Below, one piece after another: positions 26,375 through 39,582 of a DNA stretch of 64,000 nt. Origin of the DNA: Eledone cirrhosa (Eukaryota); the NCBI GenBank assembly GCA_964016885.1, contig OZ024765.1, positions 21,762,001 to 21,826,000 of the forward strand, in the 5' to 3' direction. The notes beneath the pieces were generated by a model, which was given only the letters and a program-made list of their open reading frames with translations, did not search any database and was not told the DNA's origin. The position numbers were made by a program, and so were the translations under genes. Within the stretch, counting starts at the first letter, position 1, and every line of letters starts with the position of its first letter.

Positions 26375-27680
26375 ATCTGCCTGTGATCCCACCACATCTC
26401 TTGTGTGTCCCTAGATCTACCTGTGATCCCACTACATCTCTTGTGTGTCTCTAGATCTGCTTGTGATCCCACCACATATCTTTATGTCCCTAGATCTACC
26501 TGTGATCCCACCACATCTCATGTGTGTCCCTAGATCTGCCTGTGATCCCACTACATCTCTTGTGTGTCCCTAGATCTACCTGTGATCCCACCCCATCTCA
26601 TGTGTGTCCCTAGATCTACCTGTGATCCCACTACATCTCTTGTGTGTCCCTAGATCTGCCTGTGATCCCACTACATCTCATGTGTGTCCCTAGATCTGCC
26701 TGTGATCCCACTACATCTCTTGTGTGTCCCTAGATCTGCCTGTGATCCCACTACATCTCGTGTGTCCCTAGATCTACCTGTGATCTCACCACATCTCATG
26801 TGTGTCCCTAGATCTGCCTGTGATCCCACTACATCTCTTGTGTGTCTCTAGATCTACCTGTGATCCCACTACATCTCGTGTGTCCCTAGATCTACCTGTG
26901 ATCTCACCACATCTCATGTGTGTCCCTAGATCTACCTGTGATCCCACCGCATCTCATGTGTGTCCCTAGATCTACCTGTGATCTCACCACATCTCATGTG
27001 TGTCCCTAGATCTACCTGTGATCCCACCACATCTCATGTGTGTCCCTAGATCTACCTCTGATCCCGCCACATCTCTTGTGTGTCCCTAGATCTACCTGTG
27101 ATCCCACCACATCTCGTGTGTCCCTAGATCTACCTGTGATCCCACTACATCTCATGTGTGTCCCTAGATCTACCTGTGATCCCACTACATCTCATGTATG
27201 TCCCTAGATCTACCTGTGATCCCACTACATCTCATGTGTGTCCCTAGATCTGCCTGTGATCCCACTACATCTCATGTGTGTCCCTAGATCTACCTGTGAT
27301 CCCACCACATCTCATGTGTGTCCCTAGATCTGCCTGTGATCCCACCACATCTCATGTGTGTCCCTAGATCTGCCTGTGATCCCACCACATCTCATGTGTG
27401 TCCCTAGATCTGCCTGTGATCCCACTACATCTCATGTGTGTCCCTAGATCTACCTGTGATCCCACTACATCTCATGTGTGTCCCTAGATCTACCTGTGAT
27501 CCCGCCACATCTCATGTGTGTCCCTAGATCTACCTGTGATCCCACCACATCTCATGTGTGTCCCTAGATCTGCCTGTGATCCCACCACATATCCTGTGTC
27601 CCTAGATCTACCTATGATCCCACCACATATCTTGTGTCCCTAGATCTACCTGTGATCCCACCACATATCCTGTGTCCATA
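26375..27680 (-). repeat. 40-bp minisatellite (~33 copies) derived from the RTE LINE Cys/His-rich segment
   Basis: Reverse-complement unit ggacacacatgagatgtagtgggatcacaggtagatctag resembles 53806-53843 (WVHKRCSGITGKL). Confidence 0.85.
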
Positions 27681-27719
27681 GATTACACATAATAATAATC
27701 TGAGTAAATCCCTCCAAAT

Positions 27720-30030
27720 TCTTCTTCTACTTATTCCTGAGAGGGCTGCAGGGGCAGAGTCCTCAAACACCCCTTCCAGCAGGTCCTGTCAGAAGTAACC
27801 CTCTCTAATTGATCCAGCTGGATCCCCAAGTGAGACCAGCTGAACTCATGGATGTTATCCAACCATCTTGCTCAGGGTCTACACCTGGGTCTCCTACCTC
27901 TTTCTTGAGACATTCTAACCACATGTCTGTAGTATCAGAGCTGTGATCTCTCAATTCAGAGATTCTTTCCTGAGACATTCTAACCACATGTCTGTAGTAT
28001 CAGAGCTGTGATCTCTCAATCCAGAGATTCTTTCTTGAGACATTCTAACCACATGTCTGTAGTATCAGAGCTGTGATCTCTCAATTCAGAGATTCTTTCC
28101 TGAGATATTCTAACCACATGTCTGTAGTATCAGAGCTGTGATCTCTCAATTCAGAGATTCTTTCCTCAGACATTCTAACCACATGTCTGTAGTATCAGAG
28201 CTGTGATCTCTCAATTCAGAGATTCTTTCTTGAGACATTCTAACCACATGTCTGTAGTATCAGAGCTGTGATCTCTCAATTCAGAGATTCTTTCCTGAGA
28301 TATTCTAACCACATGTCTGTAGTATCAGAGCTGTGATCTCTCAATTCAGAGATTCTTTCCTGAGACATTCTAACCACATGTCTGTAGTATCACAGCTGTG
28401 ATCTCTCAATTCAGAGATTCTTTCCTGAGATATTCTAACCACATGTATGTAGTATCAGAGCTGTGATCTCTCAATTCAGAGATTCTTTCTTGAGACATTC
28501 TAACCACATGTCTGTAGTATCAGAGCTGTGATCTCTCAATTCAGAGATTCTTTCCTGAGATATTCTAACCACATGTCTGTAGTATCAGAGCTGTGATCTC
28601 TCAATTCAGAGATTCTTTCCTCAGACATTCTAACCACATGTCTGTAGTATCAGAGCTGTGATCTCTCAATTCAGAGATTCTTTCTTGAGACATTCTAACC
28701 ACATGTCTGTAGTATCAGAGCTGTGATCTCTCAATTCAGAGATTCTTTCCTGAGATATTCTAACCACATGTCTGTAGTATCAGAGCTGTGATCTCTCAAT
28801 TCAGAGATTCTTTCCTGAGACATTCTAACCACATGTCTGTAGTATCACAGCTGTGATCTCTCAATCCAGAGATTCTTTCTTGAGACATTCTAACCACATG
28901 TCTGTAGTATCAGAGCTGTGATCTCTCAATTCAGAGATTCTTTCCTGAGATATTCTAACCACATGTCTGTAGTATCAGAGCTGTGATCTCTCAATTCAGA
29001 GATTCTTTCCTCAGACATTCTAACCACATGTCTGTAGTATCAGAGCTGTGATCTCTCAATTCAGAGATTCTTTCTTGAGACATTCTAACCACATGTCTGT
29101 AGTATCAGAGCTGTGATCTCTCAATTCAGAGATTCTTTCCTGAGATATTCTAACCACATGTCTGTAGTATCAGAGCTGTGATCTCTCAATTCAGAGATTC
29201 TTTCCTCAGACATTCTAACCACATGTCTGTAGTATCAGAGCTGTGATCTCTCAATCCAGAGATTCTTTCCTCAGACATTCTAACCTCATGTCTGTAGTAC
29301 CAGAGCTGTGATCTCTCAATTCAGAGATTCTTTCCTCAGACATTCTAACCACATGTCTGTAGTATCACAGCTGTGATCTCTCAATTCAGAGAATCTTTAG
29401 TCAGACATTCTAACCACATGTCTGTAGTATCAGAGCTGTGATCTCTCAATTCAGAGATTCTTTCCTCAGACATTCTAACCACATATCTGTAGTATCAGAG
29501 CTGTGATTTCTCAATTCAGAGATTCTTTCCTCAGACATTCTAACCACATGTCTGTAGTATCAGAGCTGTGATCTCTCAATCCAGAGATTCTTTCCTGAGA
29601 TATTCTAACCACATAGCTGTAGTATCAGAGCTGTGATCTCTCAATTCAGAGATTCTTTCCTCAGACATTCTAACCACATGTCTGTAGTATCAGAGCTGTG
29701 ATCTCTCAATCCAGAGATTCTTTCCTGAGATATTCTAACCACATGTCTGTAGTATCAGAGCTGTGATCTCTCAATTCAGAGATTCTTTTCTCAGACATTC
29801 TAACCACATGTCTGTAGTATCAGAGCTGTGATCTCTCAATCCAGAGATTCTTTCCTGAGATATTCTAACCACATGTCTGTAGTATCAGAGCTGTGATCTC
29901 TCAATTCAGAGATTCTTTTCTCAGACATTCTAACCACATGTCTGTAGTATCAGAGCTGTGGTCTCTCAATTCGTAATAATGTATGTGCCTGCCCCAAATA
30001 TTTCTGATGACCCCACTCTCTCCTATCACG
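27720..30030 (-). repeat. RTE-like fragment with 65-bp array (~32 copies, 27900-29970)
   Basis: Period 27961/28026/28091; unit is a sub-segment of the 123-bp unit at 17225. Confidence 0.9.
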
Positions 30031-30390
30031 AGAAAATGTATAAATACCACCATACCATGACTTCTGGCATCACGCAGTAATACAGAAGACCCGACCCCCC
30101 CATGGGTACAAGCCAAAGCTGAAGCATATAGACAGTATGTCCCCACCCCTCCCACTGTAAAGTGGACCTATAGGCGCCTCGAAAACAAAAGCACCCACCA
30201 CTCGTTGTAAATGAGGTTGGTGTTAGGAAGGGCATCCAGCTGTAGAAATCAAGCCAGAATCAGTTCCTGTATGAGCAAGACAAGGTCAGCTGACAGGGCA
30301 CTGCCCACAACAGGACGACATGTCTAACCCATGCTAGTGTGGAAGAACGGACGTAAGACGGTGATGATGATTATGATTACTTAGACAGTC

Positions 30391-30440
30391 GGCTTCCTGA
30401 TGATTTCTCTGAATGAAACGGTTCCAGTCCTGTAGAAGTC
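30391..30440 (+). ncRNA. Hammerhead-like motif with imperfect stem II base
   Basis: ggcttc-CTGATGA-tttctctgaat-GAAA-cgg..ct-GTA-gaagtc; 3'-half sibling at ~10635-10665. Confidence 0.5.
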
Positions 30441-30464
30441 ATTTCTATATTAAATATATATATA

Positions 30465-30810
30465 TCATCATTTTCATTTTTTCATTTCATTTTACGTCCA
30501 CTTTTTCCCTGCTTGCAAGGGTGGGACGGGAACTGATTCTGGCTTGGTTTCTACAGCTGGATGCCCTTCCTAACACCAACCTCATTTACAGTGAGTGCTG
30601 GGTGCTTTTTTGGCGTGGCACCTACACAACTACTTTGCAGTGGAATGATATGGACCCCAGTCCCTATCATCTCATTTCTACAGCTGGGTAAACTGGAGCA
30701 ATGTGAAATAAAGTGTCTTGCTCAAGGAAACAACACATCACCCGGTCTGAGAATTGAACTCACAACCTTTCGATTGCAAGTCCAATGCTCTAACCACTAA
30801 GCCATGTGCC
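30465..30810 (-). mobile_element. SINE family A
   Basis: Reverse complement of the 50785-51128 type. Confidence 0.85.
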
Positions 30811-31099
30811 TATATATATATATATATATTTGTGGAGGGTTATTTTTGGCAATATTCAGACAACACGACCCTCCCAAAATACAACAATTTCTGTTTTAAC
30901 ACACAATTTCATATCAACAAACCTTGCAAAACAAATGTTGCCAAAACAGGAATTAATATTCCTATAAATCACAGCTGAGGACATCACCCCATATAAACCA
31001 CATCACTTCTCAGGAGATTTTTTAAACAGCTCACCTGATCACTTCCTCTCCCTCCCCACCTCTTTGTTTACATTCAATAAATACAATACAACTCTTCTC

Positions 31100-32150
31100 C
31101 CACCCTCTCCTCTCTCTTTCCCTCTCTCTCTGTCTTTTTGCATCATTGTCTCCGGGTTTCTCTCTCTCTCTCACTCTCTCTCACTCTCTCTCACTCTCTC
31201 TCTCTGGTTTGTCTCTCTCACTCTCTCTCTCTCTCCTCTCTCTCTGGTTTGTCTCTCTCACTCTCTCTCACTCTCTCTCTCTGGTTTGTCTCTCTCACTC
31301 TCTCTCTCTCTCTCTCTGGTTTGTCTCTCTCACTCTCTCTGGTTTGTCTCTCTCTCACTCTCTCTCTCTGGTTTGTCTCTCTCACTCTCTCTCTCTCTCT
31401 CTCTGGTTTGTCTCTCTCACTCTCTCTGGTTTGTCTCTCTCTCCCTCTCTCTCGTCTCTCTCTCTCTCACTCTCTCTCTCTAGTTTTCTCTCTCTGGTTT
31501 GTCTCTGTCTCTCTCTCTCCCTTTGTGACCTTGTCTCAGTCTCCCCCCCCCCCTCTCTCTCTTTACACACAATCAATACAATACAGCCACCTTCCCCACC
31601 TTTCTCTCTCTCTCTGTCCTTTTCTATTATTGTGTGTCTCTCTCTTTCTGCTTCTCTCACTCTCTATCTCCTCTCTCTCTATATATATCTCCCTCCCTCT
31701 CTCTCCCTCACTTATCCACTGACAATTATATATACACAATATGATTTCTCTTTACATCCACCACCACCACCACCACCGCCACCACCATCACCAACACCAC
31801 CAACACCGTCCACACCACCACCACCACCATCACAACCACGCCACCAACACCACCAATACCACCACTACCAACACCAGCACCACCAACACCACCAATACCA
31901 TCACGACCACACCACCACCACCACCAACACCAACACCACCAATACCATCACGACCACACCACCACCACCACCAACACCAACACCACCAATACCATCACGA
32001 CCACAGCACCGCCACCACCAACACCACAACCAATACCACCACCACCACCACCACCACAACCAATACCACCACCACCAACACCGTCCACACCACCGCCACC
32101 ACCAATACCATCACGACCACCACCACCACCACCAACACCACCACCATCAC
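31100..32150. repeat. (CT)n-rich then (CAC)n-rich low-complexity tract
   Basis: Direct reading. Confidence 0.9.
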
Positions 32151-32151
32151 C

Positions 32152-34950
32152 AGGTGCAGTCTGCGACTAACCCAGACTCTGCTGCACTTTGGGCTGAGGA
32201 AGGTAAACTCTCCAAATATCGGTCGCTCTCTGACAGGTTTGCAGTCGAGCCCCTAGCAGTGGAGACTTCTGGTGTCCTTGGCCCTAGGGCTACCTCCCTA
32301 CTTACTACCATAGGCAGTGAGCTGGCTACCCCTAGCAGTGGAGACATCTGGTGTCCTTGGACCTAGGGCTACCTCCCTACTTACTACCATAGGCAGTGAG
32401 CTGGCTACCCCTAGCAGTGGAGACATCTGGTGTCCTTGGACCTAGGGCTACCTCCCTACTTACTACCATAGGCAGTGAGCTGGCTACCCCTAGCAGTGGA
32501 GACATCTGGTGTCCTTGGACCTAGGGCTACCTCCCTACTTACTACCATAGGCAGTGAGCTGGCTACCCCTAGCAGTGGAGACTTCTGGTGTCCTTGGCCC
32601 TAGGGCTACCTCCCTACTTACTACCATAGGCAGTGAGCTGGCTACCCCTAGCAGTGGAGACATCTGGTGTCCTTGGACCTAGGGCTACCTCCCTACTTAC
32701 TACCATAGGCAGTGAGCTGGCTACCCCTAGCAGTGGAGACTTCTAGTGTCCTTGGCCCTAGGGCTACCTCCCTACTTACTACCATAGGCAGTGAGCTGGC
32801 TACCCCTAGCAGTGGAGACATCTGGTGTCCTTGGACCTAGGGCTACCTCCCTACTTACTACCATAGGCAGTGAGCTGGCTACCCCTAGCAGTGGAGACTT
32901 CTAGTGTCCTTGGACCTAGGGCTACCTCCCTACTTACTACCATAGGCAGTGAGCTGGCTACCCCTAGCAGTGGAGACTTCTGGTGTCCTTGGACCTAGGG
33001 CTACCTCCCTACTTACTACCATAGGCAGTGAGCTGGCTACCCCTAGCAGTGGAGACTTCTAGTGTCCTTGGACCTAGGGCTACCTCCCTACTTACTACCA
33101 TAGGCAGTGAGCTGGCTACCCCTAGCAGTGGAGACTTCTGGTGTCCTTGGCCCTAGGGCTACCTCCCTACTTACCACCATAGGCACTGAGCTGGCTACTC
33201 CTAGCTGTGGAGACTTCTGGTGTCCTTGGCCCTAGGGCTACCTCCCTACTTACTACCATAGGCAGTGAGTTGGCTTCCCCTAGCAGTGGAGACATCTGGT
33301 GTCCTTGGACCTAGGGCTACCTCCCTACTTACCACCATAGGCACTGAGCTGGCTACTCCTAGCTGTGGAGACTTCTGGTGTCCTTGGCCCTAGGGCTACC
33401 TCCCTACTTACCACCATAGGCACTGAGCTGGCTACTCCTAGCTGTGGAGACTTCTGGTGTCCTTGGCCCTAGGGCTACCTCCCTACTTACCACCATAGGC
33501 AGTGAGCTGGCTACCCCTAGCAGTGGAGACTTCTGGTGTCCTTGGCCCTAGGGCTACCTCCCTACTTACCACCATAGGTGCTGAGCTGGCTACTTCTAGC
33601 AGTGGAAACTTCTGGTGTCCTTGGCCCTAGGGCTACCTCCCTACTTACCACCATAGGCACTGAGCTGGCTACTCCTAGCTGTGGAGACTTCTGGTGTCCT
33701 TGGCCCTAGGGCTACCTCCCTACTTACTACCATAGGCAGTGAGTTGGCTTCCCCTAGCAGTGGAGACATCTGGTGTCCTTGGACCTAGGGCTACCTCCCT
33801 ACTTACCACCATAGGCACTGAGCTGGCTACTCCTAGCTGTGGAGACTTCTGGTGTCCTTGGCCCTAGGGCTACCTCCCTACTTACCACCATAGGCACTGA
33901 GCTGGCTACTCCTAGCTGTGGAGACTTCTGGTGTCCTTGGCCCTAGGGCTACCTCCCTACTTACCACCATAGGCAGTGAGCTGGCTACCCCTAGCAGTGG
34001 AGACTTCTGGTGTCCTTGGCCCTAGGGCTACCTCCCTACTTACCACCATAGGTGCTGAGCTGGCTACTTCTAGCAGTGGAAACTTCTGGTGTCCTTGGCC
34101 CTAGGGCTACCTCCCTACTTACCACCATAGGCACTGAGCTGGCTACTCCTAGCTGTGGAGACTTCTGGTGTCCTTGGCCCTAGGGCTACCTCCCTACTTA
34201 CTAACATAGGCAGTGAGTTGGCTACCCCTAGCAGTGGAGACTTCTGGTGTCCTTGGCCCTAGGGCTACCTCCCTACTTACCACCATAGGCACAGACCTGG
34301 CTACCCATAGAAATGGAGACTTCTGGTGTCCTTGGCCCTAGGGCTACCTCCCTATTTACCATCATAGGTACAGACCTGGCTACCCATAGAAATGGAGACT
34401 TCTGGTGTCCTTGGCCCTAGGGCTACCTCCCTATTTACCACCATAGGCACAGACCTGGCTACCCATAGAAATGGAGACTTCTGGTGTCCTTGGCCCTAGG
34501 GCTACCTCCCTATTTACCATCATAGGTACAGACCTGGCTACCCATAGAAATGGAGACTTCTGGTGTCCTTGGCCCTAGGGCTACCTCCCTATTTACCATC
34601 ATAGGTACAGACCTGGCTACCCATAGAAATGGAGACTTCTGGTGTCCTTGGCCCTAGGGCTACCTCCCTACTTACCACCATAGGCACAGACCTGGCTACC
34701 CATAGAAATGGAGACTTCTGGTGTCCTTGGTCCTAGGGCTACCTCCCTATTTACCATCATAGGTACAGACCTGGCTACCCATAGAAATGGAGACTTCTGG
34801 TGTCCTTGGCCCTAGGGCTACCTCCCTATTTACCACCATAGGTTCAGAGGTGGCTAGCTGCAGGTGTGAACCTCACAAGCTGGGATGGCTCTTCCAGTGC
34901 ATCTCTCTCATCATCTGGGGAAATGCCTTCTCTATTCCGTCTGCTGGAGC
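32152..34950 (+). mobile_element. CRE-like (restriction-like endonuclease) retrotransposon 3' fragment with 79-bp array (~33 copies)
   Basis: AEEGKLSKYRSLSDRFAVEPLAVETSGVLG before the array and LFQCISLIIWGNAFSI after it; period 32341/32420. Confidence 0.7.
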
Positions 34951-35121
34951 CATGAGGTGGTCAGCACGTGGTCTACCATTTACTCATAATAGGGAGAGAT
35001 GGAGGCAGTGACAGTGGAAGTTTGGTTCCTCTGTGTTCAGACCTGGTGTACATATGTGTGTGTAATTTTACACTTATTTTCGGCTTTTACAGCTATTGTT
35101 ATAGACATTACAGTTCCTGCT

Positions 35122-37265
35122 TAACATTTTAGCATTTAAACTATATATATATACTATTGTATTTTCACAGTAAAGTCTTTACCTCACATAATATCTCTCA
35201 TAACATTTACATTACTCTATATATACTATTGTATTTTCACAGTAAAGTCTTTACCTCACATAATATCTCTCATAACATTTACATTACTCTATATATACTA
35301 TTGTATTTTCACAGTAAAGTCTTTACCTCACATAATATCTCACATAACATTTACATTACTCTATATATACTATTGTATTTTCACAGTAAAGTCTTTACCT
35401 CACATAATATCTCTCATAACATTTACATTACTCTATATATACTATTGTATTTTCACAGTGAAGTCTTTACCTCACATAATATCTCACATAACATTTACAT
35501 TACTCTATATATACTATTGTATTTTCACAGTAAAGGCTTTACCTCACATAATATCTCTCATAACATTTACATTACTCTATATATACTATTGTATTTTCAC
35601 AGTGAAGTCTTTACCTCACATAATATCTCACATAACATTTACATTACTCTATATATACTATTGTATTTTCACAGTGAAGTCTTTACCTCACATAATATCT
35701 CACATAACATTTACATTACTCTATATATACTATTGTATTTTCACAGTAAAGGCTTTACCTCACATAATATCTCTCATAACATTTACATTACTCTATATAT
35801 ACTATTGTATTTTCACAGTGAAGTCTTTACCTCACATAATATCTCACATAACATTTACATTACTCTATATATACTATTGTATTTTCACAGTAAAGGCTTT
35901 AGCTCACATAATATCTCACATAACATTTACATTACTCTATATATATACTATTGTATTTTCACAGTGAAGTCTTTACCTCACATAATATCTCACATAACAT
36001 TTACATTACTCTATATATACTATTGTATTTTCACAGTAAAGGCTTTACCTCACATAATATCTCACATAACATTTACATTACTCTATATATACTATTGTAT
36101 TTTCACAGTAAAGGCTTTACCTCACATAATATCTCACATAACATTTACATTACTCTATATATACTATTGTATTTTCACAGTAAAGGCTTTACCTCACATA
36201 ATATCTCACATAACATTTACATTACTCTATATATACTATTGTATTTTCACAGTAAAGGCTTTAGCTCACATAATATCTCACATAACATTTACATTACTCT
36301 ATATATACTATTGTATTTTCACAGTAAAGGCTTTACCTCACATAATATCTCACATAACATTTACATTACTCTATATATACTATTGTATTTTCACAGTAAA
36401 GTCTTTACCTCACATAATATCTCACATAACATTTACATTACTCTATATATACTATTGTATTTTCACAGTAAGGCTTTACCTCACATAATATCTCACATAA
36501 CATTTACATTACTCTATATATACTATTGTATTTTCACAGTAAAGGCTTTACCTCACATAACATTTACATTACTCTATATATACTATTGTATTTTCACAGT
36601 AAGGCTTTACCTCACATAATATCTCACATAACATTTACATTACTCTATATATACTATTGTATTTTCACAGTAAAGTCTTTACCTCACATAATATCTCACA
36701 TAACATTTACATTACTCTATATATACTATTGTATTTTCACAGTAAGGCTTTACCTCACATAATATCTCACATAACATTTACATTACTCTATATATACTAT
36801 TGTATTTTCATAGTAAAGGCTTTACCTCACATAATATCTCACATAACATTTACATTACTCTATATATACTATTGTATTTTCACAGTAAAGGCTTTACCTC
36901 ACATAATATCTCACATAACATTTACATTACTCTATATATACTATTGTATTTTCATAGTAAAGGCTTTACCTCACATAATATCTCACATAACATTTACATT
37001 ACTCTATATATACTATTGTATTATCACAGTAAAGTCTTTACCTCACATAATATCTCACATAACATTTACATTACTCTATATATACTATTGTATTTTCACA
37101 GTAAGGCTTTACCTCACATAATATCGAGTCTATGGAATTTTGATATTATTCATTTTGAGAACAATCCCTTAATGTCAGTATGAGTGGCTGGTTACGGCCA
37201 GTTTGAACAGAAAAAGGTGAGAGAATTCTGGCCGGATACAGTTGGTTTAAATGCTAAAGGGTTAA
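35122..37265 (+). mobile_element. piggyBac-like MITE with 72-bp array (~28 copies)
   Basis: TTAAcattttagcatttaaac ... gtttaaatgctaaagggTTAA termini; same non-repeat tail as 5985-6123. Confidence 0.75.
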
Positions 37266-37337
37266 AACAAGACTGGAAAGTAACCTAATTATTTCCAAGC
37301 TGAACTTTATCCAACTCTTCCAATTGTGTTGTTTCAG

Positions 37338-37451
37338 GTTGAAAGCCGAGAAGATGAAGAACAGAATGTTAAGTTGGAGGAAACCATTGAATTACTTCGA
37401 TCTGCTGGATATTTCAGGGCCAGAATTAAAGGGTTGACCCCTTTTGATAAG
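37338..37451 (+). CDS. CCDC93: CCDC93 exon 2 ([38 protein letters not shown])
   Basis: Closely matches remembered human [29 protein letters not shown]; tttcAG/GTaag. Confidence 0.97.
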
Positions 37452-37899
37452 GTAAGAAGCCCTTCGTATGATTAAAACAGAGGGTGGAACCTTGGTTGGC
37501 CCTTTTTGATAAGGTAGGCATTAGGGATCTCTTCACATAGCTAAAACATAGAGTGGACCCTCAGTTGACCTCTTTTGATAAGCTAGAGATTAGAGAGCCC
37601 TTCACATAGCTAAAACATATCTTTGTCCCACCAAGGTTAGCTTTCTCTTTCTTCCTTATGGTGTCGATAAAATAAAGTACCAGTAATGTACTGGGGTCGA
37701 TTTCTTCGACTTTTCCTTCTTCTTGCTCTCCCACATATTCCAGAGAGGGTCATGGAGTGCAGAGTCCTCAAACACTCCTTCCAGTGGGTGACATTTCTGG
37801 ATGAGGTCTAATACCTAGCTATATGCTAACCTTAAATATATAAGCATGCATTTGATAAAACTCTATGAAAATGTTCCAATACTATTTGTTACCCTCCAG

Positions 37900-37994
37900 G
37901 TTGTTGGTGGAATGACATGGTGTATCACAACTTGTAACTTTGATGTCGATATCAACCTCCTGTTCACTGAAAACTCCAGCATTGGACAAAAGAT
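37900..37994 (+). CDS. CCDC93: CCDC93 exon 3 ([32 protein letters not shown])
   Basis: Conserved sequence, AG/GT, phase 0-2. Confidence 0.97.
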
Positions 37995-38074
37995 GTAAGT
38001 TGACCAAATATTATTCTTTTGGCCATTACATAATGTAGACATTGATGTATTCGATAATGTAGTCCAAGATGTAT

Positions 38075-38689
38075 TTGTGAAAATACAATAGTATATATAG
38101 AGTAATGTAAATGTTATCCGAGATATTATGTGAGGTAAAGACTTTACTGTGAAAATACAATAGTATATATAGAGTAATGTAAATGTTATGTGAGATATTA
38201 TGTGTGGTAAAGCCTTTACTGTGAAAATACAATAGTATATATAGAGTAATGTAAATGTTATGTGAGATATTATGTGAGGTAAAGACTTTACTGTGAAAAT
38301 ACAATAGTATATATAGAGTAATGTAAATGTTATGTGAGATATTATGTGGCGTAAAGCCTTTACTGTGAAAATATAATAGTATATATAGAGTAATGTAAAT
38401 GTTATGTGAGATATTATGTGAGGTAAAGCCTTTACTGTGAAAATACAATAGTATATATAGAGTAATGTAAATGTTATGTGAGATATTATGTGGCGTAAAG
38501 CCTTTACTGTGAAAATATAATAGTATATATAGAGTAATGTAAATGTTATGTGAGATATTATGTGAGGTAAAGCCTTTACTGTGAAAATACAATAGTATAT
38601 ATAGAGTAATGTAAATGTTATGTGAGGTAAAGACTTTACTGTGAAAATACTATAGTATATATAGAGTAATGTAAATGTTAAAGGGTTAA
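38075..38689 (-). repeat. 72-bp array/MITE in reverse orientation (intron 3)
   Basis: Reverse complement of the 35150 unit; ends aatgttaaagggTTAA. Confidence 0.9.
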
Positions 38690-38779
38690 ACAACATCTCC
38701 AAAGAGAAGGAGAAATAGATCAATATGTTAGCTCAATGTCCTATGATATAATTTTTCTTGTTGTTTCCTCTGATTGTAG

Positions 38780-38891
38780 AGCTTTAACAGAGAAGATTGT
38801 GTCTGTACTCCCTAAAATGAAGTGTCCACACCGCATTGAGCCTCATCAAATACAGGGTTTGGACTTTATCCATATATTCCCTGTCGTACAA
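38780..38891 (+). CDS. CCDC93: CCDC93 exon 4 ([37 protein letters not shown])
   Basis: Conserved sequence, phase 2-0. Confidence 0.97.
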
Positions 38892-38924
38892 GTAAGTTCT
38901 TTCTTTCACCTCTGACATACATAC

Positions 38925-38995
<71 letters not shown>

Positions 38996-39349
38996 AAATA
39001 CACCCCGTCCCACCACCACCACCCCCACCCCATCCACACCACCCCGTCCTATGTAAAGTTATGTTGGTGCCGCGCCATCCGGGCCGAAACAAATGAGATC
39101 GTGTAGGTGTCACGACAAAAAACACACAGTCCACGCTGTAATGTGGCCGTGTAGGCAACACGGTAAAAACCTCCCAGACCCACACTGTAAATGTGGTTGG
39201 TGTTAGGAAGGGCATCCAACTGTAGAAAACCTGCCAGACAGTCCTATGCGAGCAAGACAATCACTCTTGCCTCAAGTGGGACTACCCCCGTCCAAACCCA
39301 TGCAAGCGTGGAACACGGACGTTAAACGTTGATGATGATGATGATGATG

Positions 39350-39420
<71 letters not shown>

Positions 39421-39582
39421 TGTAATAAACAACATAAGACAATTATTCCATTTACCAAAGGTTTCACGAAGACAGACGAACTCAACACAGACGTCTGAAA
39501 TAATTGTCTTATGTTGTTTATTACATAACTAAATAGCTCTTTAGCTTACATAGAGCACTCTCCTTATATATATATATATAGA

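Noticed and set aside
31741-32150. His/Thr/Pro-rich protein
   Set aside because: (CAC)n low-complexity tract within intron 1
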